56,722 nt of DNA, taken from Kiritimatiellia bacterium. Lineage in GTDB: Bacteria; Verrucomicrobiota; Kiritimatiellia; RFP12; UBA1067. Below are positions 1 to 6,229 of the stretch, piece after piece. Position 1 is the first letter of the stretch. Every line of letters starts with the position of its first letter. Location of the stretch: the NCBI GenBank assembly GCA_045598785.1, contig JAZLMR010000068.1, forward strand, positions 1-56,722, in the 5' to 3' direction. The position numbers and the translations under genes are program-made. The notes below the pieces were generated by a model, which was given only the letters and a program-made list of their open reading frames with translations, made no database searches and was not told where the DNA came from.

Positions 1-132
1 GTCTTCGGCGGCATAAAGGACAATTATCCCAAGTATCTGCTGACAATGGACGATGTCTTCGTGCCGGATCACAATGGCGTCCGCACGCTGAATGTCATCG
101 ACTACCTTCTCGGCAAATGCGAATTGGATTAA
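1..132 (+). CDS. 3' end of an AAA/DUF4143-type ATP-binding protein gene (5' part lies outside the window)
   Basis: An open frame runs from the window edge to TAA at 130-132. The tail ...KDNYPKYLLTMDDVFVPDHNGVRTLNVIDYLL resembles the C-termini of COG1373-like stand-alone ATPases. It is followed by the same 23-nt repeat that follows the intact ATPase gene at 2283-3632. Confidence 0.45.
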   Translation, partial: VFGGIKDNYPKYLLTMDDVFVPDHNGVRTLNVIDYLLGKCELD

Positions 133-145
133 GTTGAGAACTGAA

Positions 146-168
146 TTTGAAAGGAAAAACGAAAATGA
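146..168 (+). repeat. Copy 1 of the exact 23-nt direct repeat TTTGAAAGGAAAAACGAAAATGA
   Basis: An identical 23-mer recurs at 3628-3650. Both copies lie at or just past the 3' end of an ATPase gene, in AT-rich sequence that stands out from the GC-rich surroundings. Confidence 0.9.
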
Positions 169-222
169 AGAGGGGCTCAGGGTCAGAGTTTATTGATGTA
201 GTAGCATTGATAGGTAAATTGC

Positions 223-799
223 ATGAGCTACTCTATTAGTGATACTATGTCAACCGGTGCCGACGGTGACGACAATTGCGCTGACACGGTGGTGCACGGC
301 GCAATCCGCACGGCGGAGACCGAGAAGCCGGTTGCCGAGGCCCTTGCCATCAAGGACGGCAAGTTCGTCTACGTCGGTGACGCGGCTGGCGTGGCGGCGT
401 ACATCCAAGATGGTGTCACCAAGGTTGTCGACCACCGCGGTAAGGGCATGGTGATGCCAGGTTGCACCGATGGCCACGCGCACTATATCTTGCCCATCAC
501 CCTGGCCAACATGAAGGGTGGGGTCCTGTTCGGACATGAAGACGGCAAGGCGGAGATCCTGCGGAAGCTGGACGCGGCTGCACGTGCCGCGAAGGAGTCC
601 GGGAAGAAGAGCCTGCGTCGCCGGCATGACCTGGCACATTGGCCTTGAGGAAGGTGTGAAGGCCTTTTTGACCTTCTTTGATGAAGACTACCTCGCCGAC
701 CAGGACGTGTTTGACTGCCCAGTGACCGACATCCGCAAGACCAAGGTGGTCTCAACTTGGTTTGAGGGAAGCGAGGTCTATTCCCGCAACGCGAAGTGA
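223..799 (+). pseudogene. Decayed amidohydrolase (YtcJ/amidohydrolase_3-like) gene with large internal deletions and a frameshift
   Basis: ORF 223-648 encodes ADTVVHGAIRTAETEKPVAEALAIKDGKFVYVGD...GKGMVMPGCTDGHAHY. ORF 518-799, in another frame, encodes AGMTWH...ADQDVFDCPVTDIRKTKVVSTWFEG. These match the N-terminal, mid and C-terminal parts of the amidohydrolase module of the 28417-33312 protein (about 80 percent nucleotide identity by eye). Roughly 0.9 kb and 0.3 kb are missing. Confidence 0.75.
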
Positions 800-897
800 T
801 TTGGGTTGCTGAACGCAGGCTTTCCTTTTCACAAGCAGCAATTTCACCAAACGGGTGAAAATCAAGATTGCCAAATTATGATCCATATCTATCCAAA

Positions 898-921
898 CCT
901 CTGTGCCTCTGTGTCTCTGTG
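898..921. repeat. Short tandem repeat (YCTCTGTG) x3
   Basis: cctctgtg cctctgtg tctctgtg read directly, within an AT-rich non-coding stretch. Confidence 0.9.
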
Positions 922-1113
922 TTTAAATATCGGCGAGCTGGCAGGATTTAACTGCCGAATTTAGGTTTGGCGGCCCAGCGTTAATCCCGTAGCCCTCCGC
1001 CAAGCGGAAATCTCAATCGTACTGCCGACCGTAGCCGACATTGCGCTGCAAAACCGAGAAGGAAGAATTCGGCCGCGCGGTTGAAGGGCGCAGGTAAAGC
1101 GCCTTGAAGGCCA

Positions 1114-1566
1114 GTGGCGGCGCGTCCGCTGACGGACTATAACGGCAATACCGTTTCGATTGCGTTTACGGGCGACATCCCCGACGGCGCGGAGGTTTCG
1201 GCGAAGGTGACGATCGGCGGAGTAGATTACACGAAGGACGTCACCCTCGAGCAAGGCACGTTCAAGGTCGACGAGGATGCGGAGTGGATCGCGGAATCCG
1301 CCGCGTCGTTCGAGTCGACCGGCGCGTGGTCGGGAGACCAGGCCGAGGTCTCCGGCGGGGTGATCGCCGTCTCCAACGCGCTCTTCACCGCGGCGAAGGC
1401 GGCGCCGGAGGACGCGGCGACCGGATATGTCGCCAAGGACGTGACCGGCTTGCAGATCAAATTCGGCCCGCACACTACTGTCGCGCAGTATTATTCCGAG
1501 ATTGAGGCGGTCGAATCCGCGAGTCCTGTCGCACCGGTTCAGGGTACGGTCTTCACGATCGAGTGA
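1114..1566 (+). CDS. Hypothetical protein, possibly the C-terminal remnant of a larger surface protein
   Basis: 150-aa ORF with a GTG start and GC-rich third codon positions. No recognisable motif and no convincing SD sequence. It lies among truncated genes. Confidence 0.3.
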   Translation: MAARPLTDYNGNTVSIAFTGDIPDGAEVSAKVTIGGVDYTKDVTLEQGTFKVDEDAEWIAESAASFESTGAWSGDQAEVSGGVIAVSNALFTAAKAAPEDAATGYVAKDVTGLQIKFGPHTTVAQYYSEIEAVESASPVAPVQGTVFTIE

Positions 1567-1592
1567 CGGATAACTTATAGGGGGACGACAAA

Positions 1593-2177
1593 ATGAATGC
1601 GAAGATGCTGATGTTCGCCCTGGTCGCCGCGTGCACCGGTGTCGTGACGGCGGGTGTTCATTATGATTCGATCCGTCCCGGACAGGAATGGCTCGATACC
1701 GAAGGGCGTCCGATCCAGGCGCACGGCGGCTCGATCATTGCGGTTGACGACGTCTACTACTGGTACGGCGAGAACAAGGAGCATACCTGCGGGACGAACG
1801 ACGTCTGGCACTGGGGCGTGAACCTGTATTCGTCCAAGGACCTGATGAACTGGAAGTTCGAGGGTAATGTCATTCCGCCGGATCTCACGGACGAGAAGTC
1901 GCCGCTCAATCCGCATTCGCAGATGGACCGTCCGCATATCCTCTACAATGCCGCGACGAAGAAGTTCGTCTGCTGGCTCAAGATCATGTCGCGCGAGGAC
2001 TACCTGCTGCAGACCGAGATGGTGCTGACGGCCGATTCACTGAAGGGTCCGTGGACGATCGTCCGCACGGGGTTCCGTCCCTGCGGGATGAGCGGCGGTG
2101 ATTTCGACCTCGTCAAGGCGTACGACGGCAAGGCGAATAGAGGCGGGGCCTGGCCCCACAGATTCTGGGGCGTGTAA
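1593..2177 (+). pseudogene. 3'-truncated glycoside hydrolase family 43-like gene (signal peptide plus the first ~175 aa of the beta-propeller)
   Basis: Signal peptide MNAKMLMFALVAACTG, then HGGSIIAVDDVYYWYGENKE...YSSKDLMNWKFEG...DRPHILYN, typical of the GH43 N-terminal blades. Homology stops after GDFDLVKAYDGKA and the frame ends 15 codons later. The break coincides with the palindromic element at 2143-2158. Confidence 0.6.
2143..2158. repeat. Variant copy GCGGGGCCTGGCCCCA of the palindromic element
   Basis: It differs from GCGGGGACTGTCCCCA at two positions (A>C and T>G) that pair with each other in the hairpin, so the 6+6 inverted repeat is preserved. It lies exactly where the GH43 homology ends. 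Confidence 0.8.
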
Positions 2178-2196
2178 TGTGTGCGATGGGATGTTC

Positions 2197-2250
2197 TTTC
2201 GGTTGAATTATGTGTGCAGAATTGAATTGTTTCGGTTGAAAAATGTGTCT
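2197..2250 (+). repeat. Two 21-nt direct repeats, TTTCGGTTGAAWWATGTGTNY, spaced 33 bp start to start
   Basis: tttcggttgaattatgtgtgc (2197-2217) and tttcggttgaaaaatgtgtct (2230-2250). They lie immediately upstream of the ATPase promoter. A third ATGTGTGC occurs at 2177-2184. Confidence 0.8.
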
Positions 2251-2256
2251 CGTGGG

Positions 2257-2265
2257 TGCTATAAT
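2257..2265 (+). promoter_or_regulatory. Extended -10 promoter element TGCTATAAT
   Basis: TGnTATAAT lies 17 nt upstream of ATG 2283, with the SD sequence GAGGAGG at 2274-2280. Confidence 0.6.
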
Positions 2266-2282
2266 ATTCGCCGAGGAGGCAT

Positions 2283-3632
2283 ATGCAGAGACGAGTATTA
2301 GGTGATATTGAGTCGTGGAATGCGAAAAATAAGCGCAAACCACTGGTTCTCATGGGAGCACGGCAGGTCGGCAAGACCTGGCTGATGGAGGAATTTGCCA
2401 AACGGGCCTATCCGGGTGATACGGTTACGGTGAATTTTATGGAGGATGATCCGATCCGTGAGAGTTTTGAGCGTGCGAATCTTGATCCCGTCATCCTTAT
2501 TGGACTTCTTCAGGCACGAAGCGGCAAGCGCATCATTCCCGGCAAGACGCTGCTTGTACTTGATGAGATTCAGGAATCGCCCCGTGCACTCACTTCGCTC
2601 AAGTTCTTCAATGAGAAAATGCCCGAGCTGGCCGTGATGGCCGCAGGGTCGCTTCTCGGACTGAGTCTGCGCCGCGAACGGGGAAAGCGCAGTCCGGAGC
2701 GCCGCGGATCGTTTCCCGTCGGCAAGGTCGAGTTCCTCGATGTCCGTCCGATGACGTTCGCCGAGTTCTTGGAGGCACGCGGGGAGAGCGTGAAACTCGA
2801 GGAACTTGCGTCGGGCCGCTGGGATGTCGTCGACCTCATCCATGACGAGCTTGTCGGGCTGCTCAAGGACTACTATCTTGTCGGCGGCATGCCGGAGGCG
2901 GTTCAGACCTTCGTCGATACAGGCGATTACCATGAGACGCGCAGGGTGCAGAAGCGCATTCTGCGGGCCTACGACAAGGATTTCGTCAAACACGCCGAGC
3001 CGACCTTGCTCGGGCGCATCCGCCTTCTGTGGAAGAACATTCCCGCCCAGCTGGCGAAGGAGAACGCGAAGTTCGTCTACAAGGTGCTGAAGGAGGGCGC
3101 GCGCGGACGGGATTACGAGGAGTCCCTGCAGTGGCTGGACGACGCGGGCATGATCACGCAGCTGTTCCGCGCCAATCCGCCGCGTCTGCCGCTCAGGTCC
3201 TACGAGGATTTCTCCGCGTTTAAGCTGTTCATGCACGACGTCGGGCTTCTGGGGGCGATGAGTGACCTGCCGCCCTCGGCCGTCCTCGAGGGCAACGCCG
3301 TGTTCACGAACTTCAAGGGGGCGCTGACCGAGCAGTATGTCCTGCAGGAACTTCTCGCGGCGGGGGCGTCCCCGGCCTACTGGTCCTCGGAACGGGGAGA
3401 TGCGGAAGTTGATTTCCTGCTGCAGGGGGCGGACGCGGTCTATCCGGTCGAGGCCAAGGCGGAGCGCAATCTCAAGGCCAAGAGCCTCAAGACCTACCGG
3501 GAGTTCTTCAGCCCGCCGCGCTGCTATCGCACGTCGCTCGAGCGGCATCACGTCGGGAAGCTGACGGAGGACGTGCCGCTTTACGCGGTCGGCAGGATCG
3601 TCGCAGAAACTGGAAGCGAGCGTTTGTTTTGA
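2283..3632 (+). CDS. Stand-alone AAA ATPase with DUF4143-like C-terminal region (COG1373-like)
   Basis: Walker A LMGARQVGKTW and Walker B LLVLDEIQ. Length (449 aa) and overall layout are typical of this family. A good SD sequence and promoter lie upstream. Confidence 0.85.
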   Translation: MQRRVLGDIESWNAKNKRKPLVLMGARQVGKTWLMEEFAKRAYPGDTVTVNFMEDDPIRESFERANLDPVILIGLLQARSGKRIIPGKTLLVLDEIQESPRALTSLKFFNEKMPELAVMAAGSLLGLSLRRERGKRSPERRGSFPVGKVEFLDVRPMTFAEFLEARGESVKLEELASGRWDVVDLIHDELVGLLKDYYLVGGMPEAVQTFVDTGDYHETRRVQKRILRAYDKDFVKHAEPTLLGRIRLLWKNIPAQLAKENAKFVYKVLKEGARGRDYEESLQWLDDAGMITQLFRANPPRLPLRSYEDFSAFKLFMHDVGLLGAMSDLPPSAVLEGNAVFTNFKGALTEQYVLQELLAAGASPAYWSSERGDAEVDFLLQGADAVYPVEAKAERNLKAKSLKTYREFFSPPRCYRTSLERHHVGKLTEDVPLYAVGRIVAETGSERLF

Positions 3633-3650
3633 AAGGAAAAACGAAAATGA
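3628..3650 (+). repeat. Copy 2 of the exact 23-nt direct repeat TTTGAAAGGAAAAACGAAAATGA
   Basis: Identical to 146-168. Here the repeat contains the TGA stop codon of the ATPase gene. Confidence 0.9.
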
Positions 3651-3671
3651 TGAAAAAGGAAAAGTGAAAAA

Positions 3672-3998
3672 GTGCGGATGTCCTTACTTCTTGCTTTTTC
3701 ACTATTACTTTTTACTTCCGCCGCGCGGGCGGCGGTGATTGACGTAACGTCGGGGAACTTCGAGAGCTGCCGTGCGCTCAAGGACGGTAACACCTATCGG
3801 TTCGTCGAGAGTGTCACTTTCGCCGCGCCAGCGACCGAGAGCGCAATGGCGGTGGCGGACGGTGCGACCGTTACGCTGAACATCGCGGCTGGCGTGACCG
3901 TTTCGCTGCGCGGTGGTGACGCAGTTGGCACGACCGGCGCGGGCGCGGGCATCGAGGTTCCTGCGAGCGCGAATTGCTGTGGGGACAGTCCCATCTGA
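3672..3998 (+). CDS. Truncated secreted repeat protein (signal peptide plus the start of a beta-helix/Pmp-like passenger)
   Basis: Signal peptide MSLLLAFSLLLFTSAARA (ATG at 3678), then ...ATVTLNIAAGVTVSLRGGDAVGTTGAGAGIEV, typical of the N-termini of large surface proteins. The frame stops abruptly inside the palindromic element at 3977-3993. Confidence 0.45.
   Translation: MRMSLLLAFSLLLFTSAARAAVIDVTSGNFESCRALKDGNTYRFVESVTFAAPATESAMAVADGATVTLNIAAGVTVSLRGGDAVGTTGAGAGIEVPASANCCGDSPI
3683..3719 (-). repeat. AT-rich purine-run element (minus orientation) related to 35142-35180
   Basis: The reverse complement, GGAAGTAAAAAGTAATAGTGAAAAAGCAAGAAGTAAG, aligns with queA GGAAGAAGTAAAAAGTAAAAGTGAAGAAGTAAGAAGTGG with few mismatches. 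With the purine run at about 3650-3674 it forms an imperfect inverted repeat (AGTGAAAAAG / CTTTTTCACT). Confidence 0.7.
3977..3993. repeat. Palindromic element copy in inverted flank orientation, CTGTGGGGACAGTCCCA
   Basis: The reverse complement, TGGGACTGTCCCCACAG, contains GGGACTGTCCCCA of the core. It lies at the junction between the truncated secreted-protein ORF and unrelated sequence. Confidence 0.7.
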
Positions 3999-4076
3999 AT
4001 TACTTGCCTTTGATTTTGGGTGATGGCGGTTGAGCGAATGTGTTTGAATCTGGTGGTTGCGCTCTTGTTGAAAGGC

Positions 4077-4319
4077 AACTCGGAATGCCTGCGCCGCTGC
4101 GGCATCATCGACGGCAAGGGCAAGGTTCTCATCGGCAAGATCGACGGTGGCGTTCTCGAACTCGACGGGAAGGGCTGCCCGACCGGATTCGTCGACGAGC
4201 GCGTCACGGGGTATCTGACGCGCATGGGCGGAATCGACGCGGACGAGATTGTCGACGACAAGCTGGCGGAGACCTATGAGGTGGAGCCCTGGCAGAAGGA
4301 CATCGGCAGGCAGATCTAA
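4077..4319 (+). pseudogene. Second amidohydrolase fragment (middle part of the module)
   Basis: It encodes ECLRRCGIIDGKGKVLIGKIDGGVLELDGKGCPTGFVDERVTGYLTRMGGIDADEIVDDKLAE then TYEVEPWQ. These match the 28417-33312 protein at about nt 31547-31745 and 31886-31930, which is a part missing from the fragment at 223-799. Confidence 0.7.
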
Positions 4320-4362
4320 AAATCTAAAAATTTTGCGCTTCCTGCATTCGTTGGTCAATCTA

Positions 4363-4371
4363 TGGTATAAT
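4363..4371 (+). promoter_or_regulatory. Extended -10 promoter element TGGTATAAT for the hydrogenase operon
   Basis: TGnTATAAT is followed by the SD sequence AAGGAG (4383-4388) and ATG 4397. Confidence 0.6.
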
Positions 4372-4396
4372 TTAGCCTTAATAAGGAGACTGAATT

Positions 4397-6208
4397 ATGG
4401 ATATGAATCAAGCTAGCGCGGCCTCGAAAAAAGTCGCGGAGCTTTATGCCGATGTCGTGCGCCGCGCCGGCTCGTCGCCGTTTGGCAGTTGCCCGGTGGA
4501 ACTCACTGCCGCTTTCATTCGCCTGTGCCTCGCCCAAAGCTGCGGTAAATGCGTTCCCTGCCGCGTCGGGCTGGATCGGCTGGCGGGCATCATTGAGCGT
4601 ATCCTCGCCCGGGAGGCGGGTGAAGACGAGCTGGCGCTCCTGGAAAATCTGGCCCGTTCGATTTACGATTCCGCCGACTGCGCCATCGGGTTCGAGGCCG
4701 CCAAGCTGGTGCTGGACGGGATGACGGCGTTTCGCGACGACTATCTCGCCCATGTCCGCACGGGCGTGTGCACGACGAACTTCGCCAGCGTGCCGTGCGC
4801 CACCGGCTGCCCGGCGCATGTCAACATCCCCGGCTACATCGCCTGCATCGGCGCCGGTCGCTATGCCGACGCCGTGCGCGTCATCCGCGAGGACAATCCC
4901 TTTCCTTCGGTCTGCGGGCTCATTTGCGAGCATCCGTGCGAGCGCTATTGCCGTCGCAATACGGTCGACGACGCCATCAACATCCGCGGGCTCAAGCGCT
5001 ATGCGGTCGAGAAGTCGGGTTCGGTGCCCGCGCCAGCGCCGGCGCCGCGGAACGGCAAGCGCGTCGGCATTGTCGGCGGCGGCCCCGCCGGGCTTACGGC
5101 CGCCTATTTCCTGGCGCTCAAGGGCTTCGAGGTCACCGTCTATGAAAAGCGGCGCTCGCTGGGTGGCATGCTTCGCTACGGTATTCCCGCCTATCGGCTG
5201 CCCGACCAGAATCTCGACTGGGACATTGACGTCATCCTCTCGACCGGGGTCAAGGTGGTCTACGGCCAGGAGGTCGGCAAGGACATTGCCTTTGAAGGCT
5301 TTCGCAAGCAATTTGACGCGGTCTACATTTCCATCGGCGCGCATGGCGCCAAAAAGCTGCGGATCGAGGGCGAGAATGCGAAGGGCGTCCTTTCGGCCGT
5401 CGAGTTGCTCGGGGCGGTCGGCGAAGGCGAGCGGCCGGATTTCTCCGGCAAGCGCGTGGTCGTGGTCGGCGGCGGCAATGTCGCGATGGATGCGACGCGC
5501 ACTTCGCGGCGGCTGGGCGCCAAGTCGGTCACTTGCGTCTATCGCCGGCGAGTCGTCGATATGACGGCGCTCCCTGACGAGATCGCGGGAGCCGAGGCCG
5601 AAGGCTGCGAGATCGTGCCGCTGATGGCGCCGGTCAAGGTGGCGGTCGAAAACGATCAGGTCGTCGGGCTGGTGGTCAAGCCGCAGCTCCCCGGGGCGGT
5701 CAAGGACGGGCGTCCGGCGCCGGTTGATGCGGCCGAGCCGGAAACGACGATTCCGTGCGACATCGTAGTCGTTGCCATCGGCCAGGACATCGATTCGAAA
5801 GCGTTCGCAGAATATGGTATTGAGGTCAAACGCGGGGCGCTGGTCGCCAATGCCGCGGGCGAAGTCCGCAAGGCGGGCGAGAAGCTCGCGGGGGTCTTTA
5901 CCGGCGGCGACTGCTGGAGCGGTCCGGCGACGGTCATCCGCGCCATCGACGCCGGCAAGGTCGCGGCGGAGAACGTCGCCGAGTTCTGCGGCTGCAATCT
6001 GCCGCTCGCGAAGACGGTGGAGATTCCAGCGGCGCCGGCGGGCCAGCGGCTGCATTGGGGTCGCGTCAACATGACGGAACGTCCGGCTGCGGAACGGGCG
6101 CAGGACTTTGACTTGATGGAGAAGTGCCTGACGGACGAGGAGGCGCAGCAGGAGTGCAGCCGGTGCCTCCGTTGCGACCATTGCGGCAAAGGGGCGTTTC
6201 GGCGCTGA
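4397..6208 (+). CDS. NAD(P)H-dependent oxidoreductase: NuoF-type Fe-S domain + GltD-like (glutamate synthase small subunit-like) + C-terminal Cys cluster; probable diaphorase partner of the hydrogenase
   Basis: SCGKCVPCRVG (NuoF C-terminal 4Fe-4S motif). CEHPCERYC. GIVGGGPAGLTAAYFLALKGFEVTVYEKRRSLGGMLRYGIPAYRLP (GltD-type dinucleotide fold). A second GGGNVAMD fold. CSRCLRCDHCG at the C-terminus. Confidence 0.85.
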   Translation: MDMNQASAASKKVAELYADVVRRAGSSPFGSCPVELTAAFIRLCLAQSCGKCVPCRVGLDRLAGIIERILAREAGEDELALLENLARSIYDSADCAIGFEAAKLVLDGMTAFRDDYLAHVRTGVCTTNFASVPCATGCPAHVNIPGYIACIGAGRYADAVRVIREDNPFPSVCGLICEHPCERYCRRNTVDDAINIRGLKRYAVEKSGSVPAPAPAPRNGKRVGIVGGGPAGLTAAYFLALKGFEVTVYEKRRSLGGMLRYGIPAYRLPDQNLDWDIDVILSTGVKVVYGQEVGKDIAFEGFRKQFDAVYISIGAHGAKKLRIEGENAKGVLSAVELLGAVGEGERPDFSGKRVVVVGGGNVAMDATRTSRRLGAKSVTCVYRRRVVDMTALPDEIAGAEAEGCEIVPLMAPVKVAVENDQVVGLVVKPQLPGAVKDGRPAPVDAAEPETTIPCDIVVVAIGQDIDSKAFAEYGIEVKRGALVANAAGEVRKAGEKLAGVFTGGDCWSGPATVIRAIDAGKVAAENVAEFCGCNLPLAKTVEIPAAPAGQRLHWGRVNMTERPAAERAQDFDLMEKCLTDEEAQQECSRCLRCDHCGKGAFRR

Positions 6209-6229
6209 GTCGGGAAGAGGAGGATACAG

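Larger units (their letters stand above)
2143..3993 (+). mobile_element. Candidate inverted-repeat-bounded cassette (~1.85 kb) carrying a DUF4143 ATPase gene; no transposase present
   Basis: The left end is GGGGCCTGGCCCCACAGATTC. The reverse complement of the right end is GGGACTGTCCCCACAGCAATTC. The match extends beyond the palindromic core (CCCCACAG..ATTC). Genes are truncated at both boundaries. No target-site duplication was seen. Confidence 0.3.

Noticed and set aside
165-239. Small ORFs initiated by the SD-plus-ATG-like end of the 23-nt repeat (24 aa at 165-239; 6 aa at 3648-3668).
   Set aside because: The two downstream peptides share nothing beyond the first residue and differ greatly in length, so the repeat is unlikely to be a conserved translation start.
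842-860. Hairpin TTTCACC-aaacg-GGTGAAA as a terminator for the decayed amidohydrolase gene.
   Set aside because: The stem is AT-rich and weak, no T-tract follows, and the upstream gene is a pseudogene. The evidence is not sufficient to call it.
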